Source: Dicyema japonicum (Eukaryota; Animalia; Dicyemida). Taken from it: a stretch of DNA of 64,000 bases. The DNA is taken from assembly GCA_011109175.1 (NCBI GenBank), contig RDEW01000006.1, positions 1,240,632-1,304,631 of the forward strand, written 5' to 3'. The number at the start of each line of letters is the position of its first letter. The first letter of the stretch is position 1. Shown one piece after another: positions 62,770 to 64,000 of this stretch. A program made the translations under genes and the position numbers. The notes beneath the pieces were generated by a model, which saw nothing but the letters and a program-made list of their open reading frames with translations, searched no databases and was not told the origin of the DNA.

Positions 62770-64000
62770 TTTAGAGCATTTCTTCTGATGATTTATTTGA
62801 GGTTCCCTTCTTTCCGTGGACAAAAGTTGCAAAGCAGAGAATGCGCAACCATGAATCTTGAGTATTAGTATCGAATGCCCAGGTGATTGAAAGATAGGAG
62901 ATAGCTCTTAGAGGCGCCGACCTTGGGATCCTGTATGGGATAAGCCTGTGGTAGTTGATAAACTGTGGGTTTCTTATTTTGAAGTCCCCAGGTTCCACAG
63001 TTGTGTGTCAGTATTGGTAATACGAGCGAGGTGTATATTTTTACTTTCAAATTCTTTTTTACGTTCCAAATATGTAATAACTTTTTATATGACCCACTAA
63101 ACCAGAATACTTCGGCGGCCATACTAATTATAACCCCGCATGTGCAGCAAAAGAAACAAGGTTAGATGTCATCCTTTTCCATGCTCCCCTGTTCCTAGCC
63201 AAGGCTCTCATGCTGTCCAGGTCGTCGGCATTTATTAGATTTTTTTTATCTTGACCAGGTCTTTTTGTAAGACTATTGGCAGTGTTTTCTTGGTCTTCCA
63301 CAATAGCGGCCTTCTTTACTAACATAGTATGTTTCCATAGATATGTTCGGTGGGGATGTTAATTCCATCCTCAGCACGTGTCTGAAGAGCCTCCATCAGG
63401 ATTCCAGTACTTCTAAGCTGATAGGTCTAGTGCTGCATCTCTTATATTAAGCGTTTCTCTATATTCTCGTAGGCCAAGAAGTTCCTGTTATTTTTCTCAG
63501 CTGACCTCTGTGGAACGAGTCTAGTTTTTCTATATCCACTGATGAGGTCGCTTATTTCCAGCGTTATATAAAAGTACGGGTTTTACGAATGAGTCGTATA
63601 ATAGGATTCTCATTTTCGTGTCGATGCCTTTTTGATTGAGCCATAAATTCTTCAGTTTATATAACGCAGCATTGGCTAGAGTTTTCCTACGTAAAATATC
63701 TTCGCTATCTCTCAAGAGTGAACCGAGTTTCTTTACTGTCGCCACTTTTCTTCTAGGACGTTACTCATCCTTCTTATCTCTGTGAGTTCTGTTTTCTCTC
63801 TGTTCACAGTAAGAAACTAATTCCCTTGTTCATCTGGTGCTTTTTCTAATAGGTTTTCTAGGACCTCTTTGTTTTCAGAAATTAGGTCTACATCGTCCGC
63901 TTAGATTACTTTTTCCGTCTATCCTTGGTATGACGGTCTAACCGTATCAAAAGCTCTTGATAGGTCAATTCCCAAAATATTGGTGGCGTTACGGTATCTT
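62770..64000 (-). mobile_element. RTE-clade remnants (two tandem 3' portions)
   Basis: IDLSRAFDT, ADDVD, KKLGSLL.DSEDILRRKTLANAAL, and a second copy of LVLPILTHNCGTWG. Confidence 0.85.

Noticed and set aside
1-64000. CRISPR arrays, tRNA, rRNA, telomeric repeats
   Set aside because: None seen; the TAAC and TAA runs are retrotransposon tails.

Overview
Eukaryotic (animal) genomic scaffold, AT-rich, using the standard genetic code, with one 795-N gap (11236-12030). Compact conserved genes are embedded in a dense graveyard of non-LTR retrotransposons (RTE, BovB-like RTE, CRE, I/Jockey-like, R4-like) and DNA-transposon remnants (hAT, Tc1). Recognisable genes: TFIIE-alpha, NOP58, a TMEM272-like four-pass membrane protein, a very short HCF, PDK1, RPB5, GFAT, a Ras-family GTPase, a bHLH factor, a full-length U2 snRNA plus a partial copy, and three decayed LAMP-like paralogues in tandem. 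Nearly all introns I could infer (about 35) are 21-28 nt. Together with metazoan-type HCF and U2, this suggests a dicyemid mesozoan or a similarly reduced parasite; that is inference, not a database match. Several genes carry single-base indels in short homopolymers, which look like long-read assembly errors, so single-base claims need caution. Most interesting items: an HCF reduced to kelch plus contiguous Fn3 domains, a variant U2 snRNA beside ultra-short introns (many stopless and 3n), a LAMP-like pseudogene array with a dated insertion history, and a ~4-kb interrupted palindrome.
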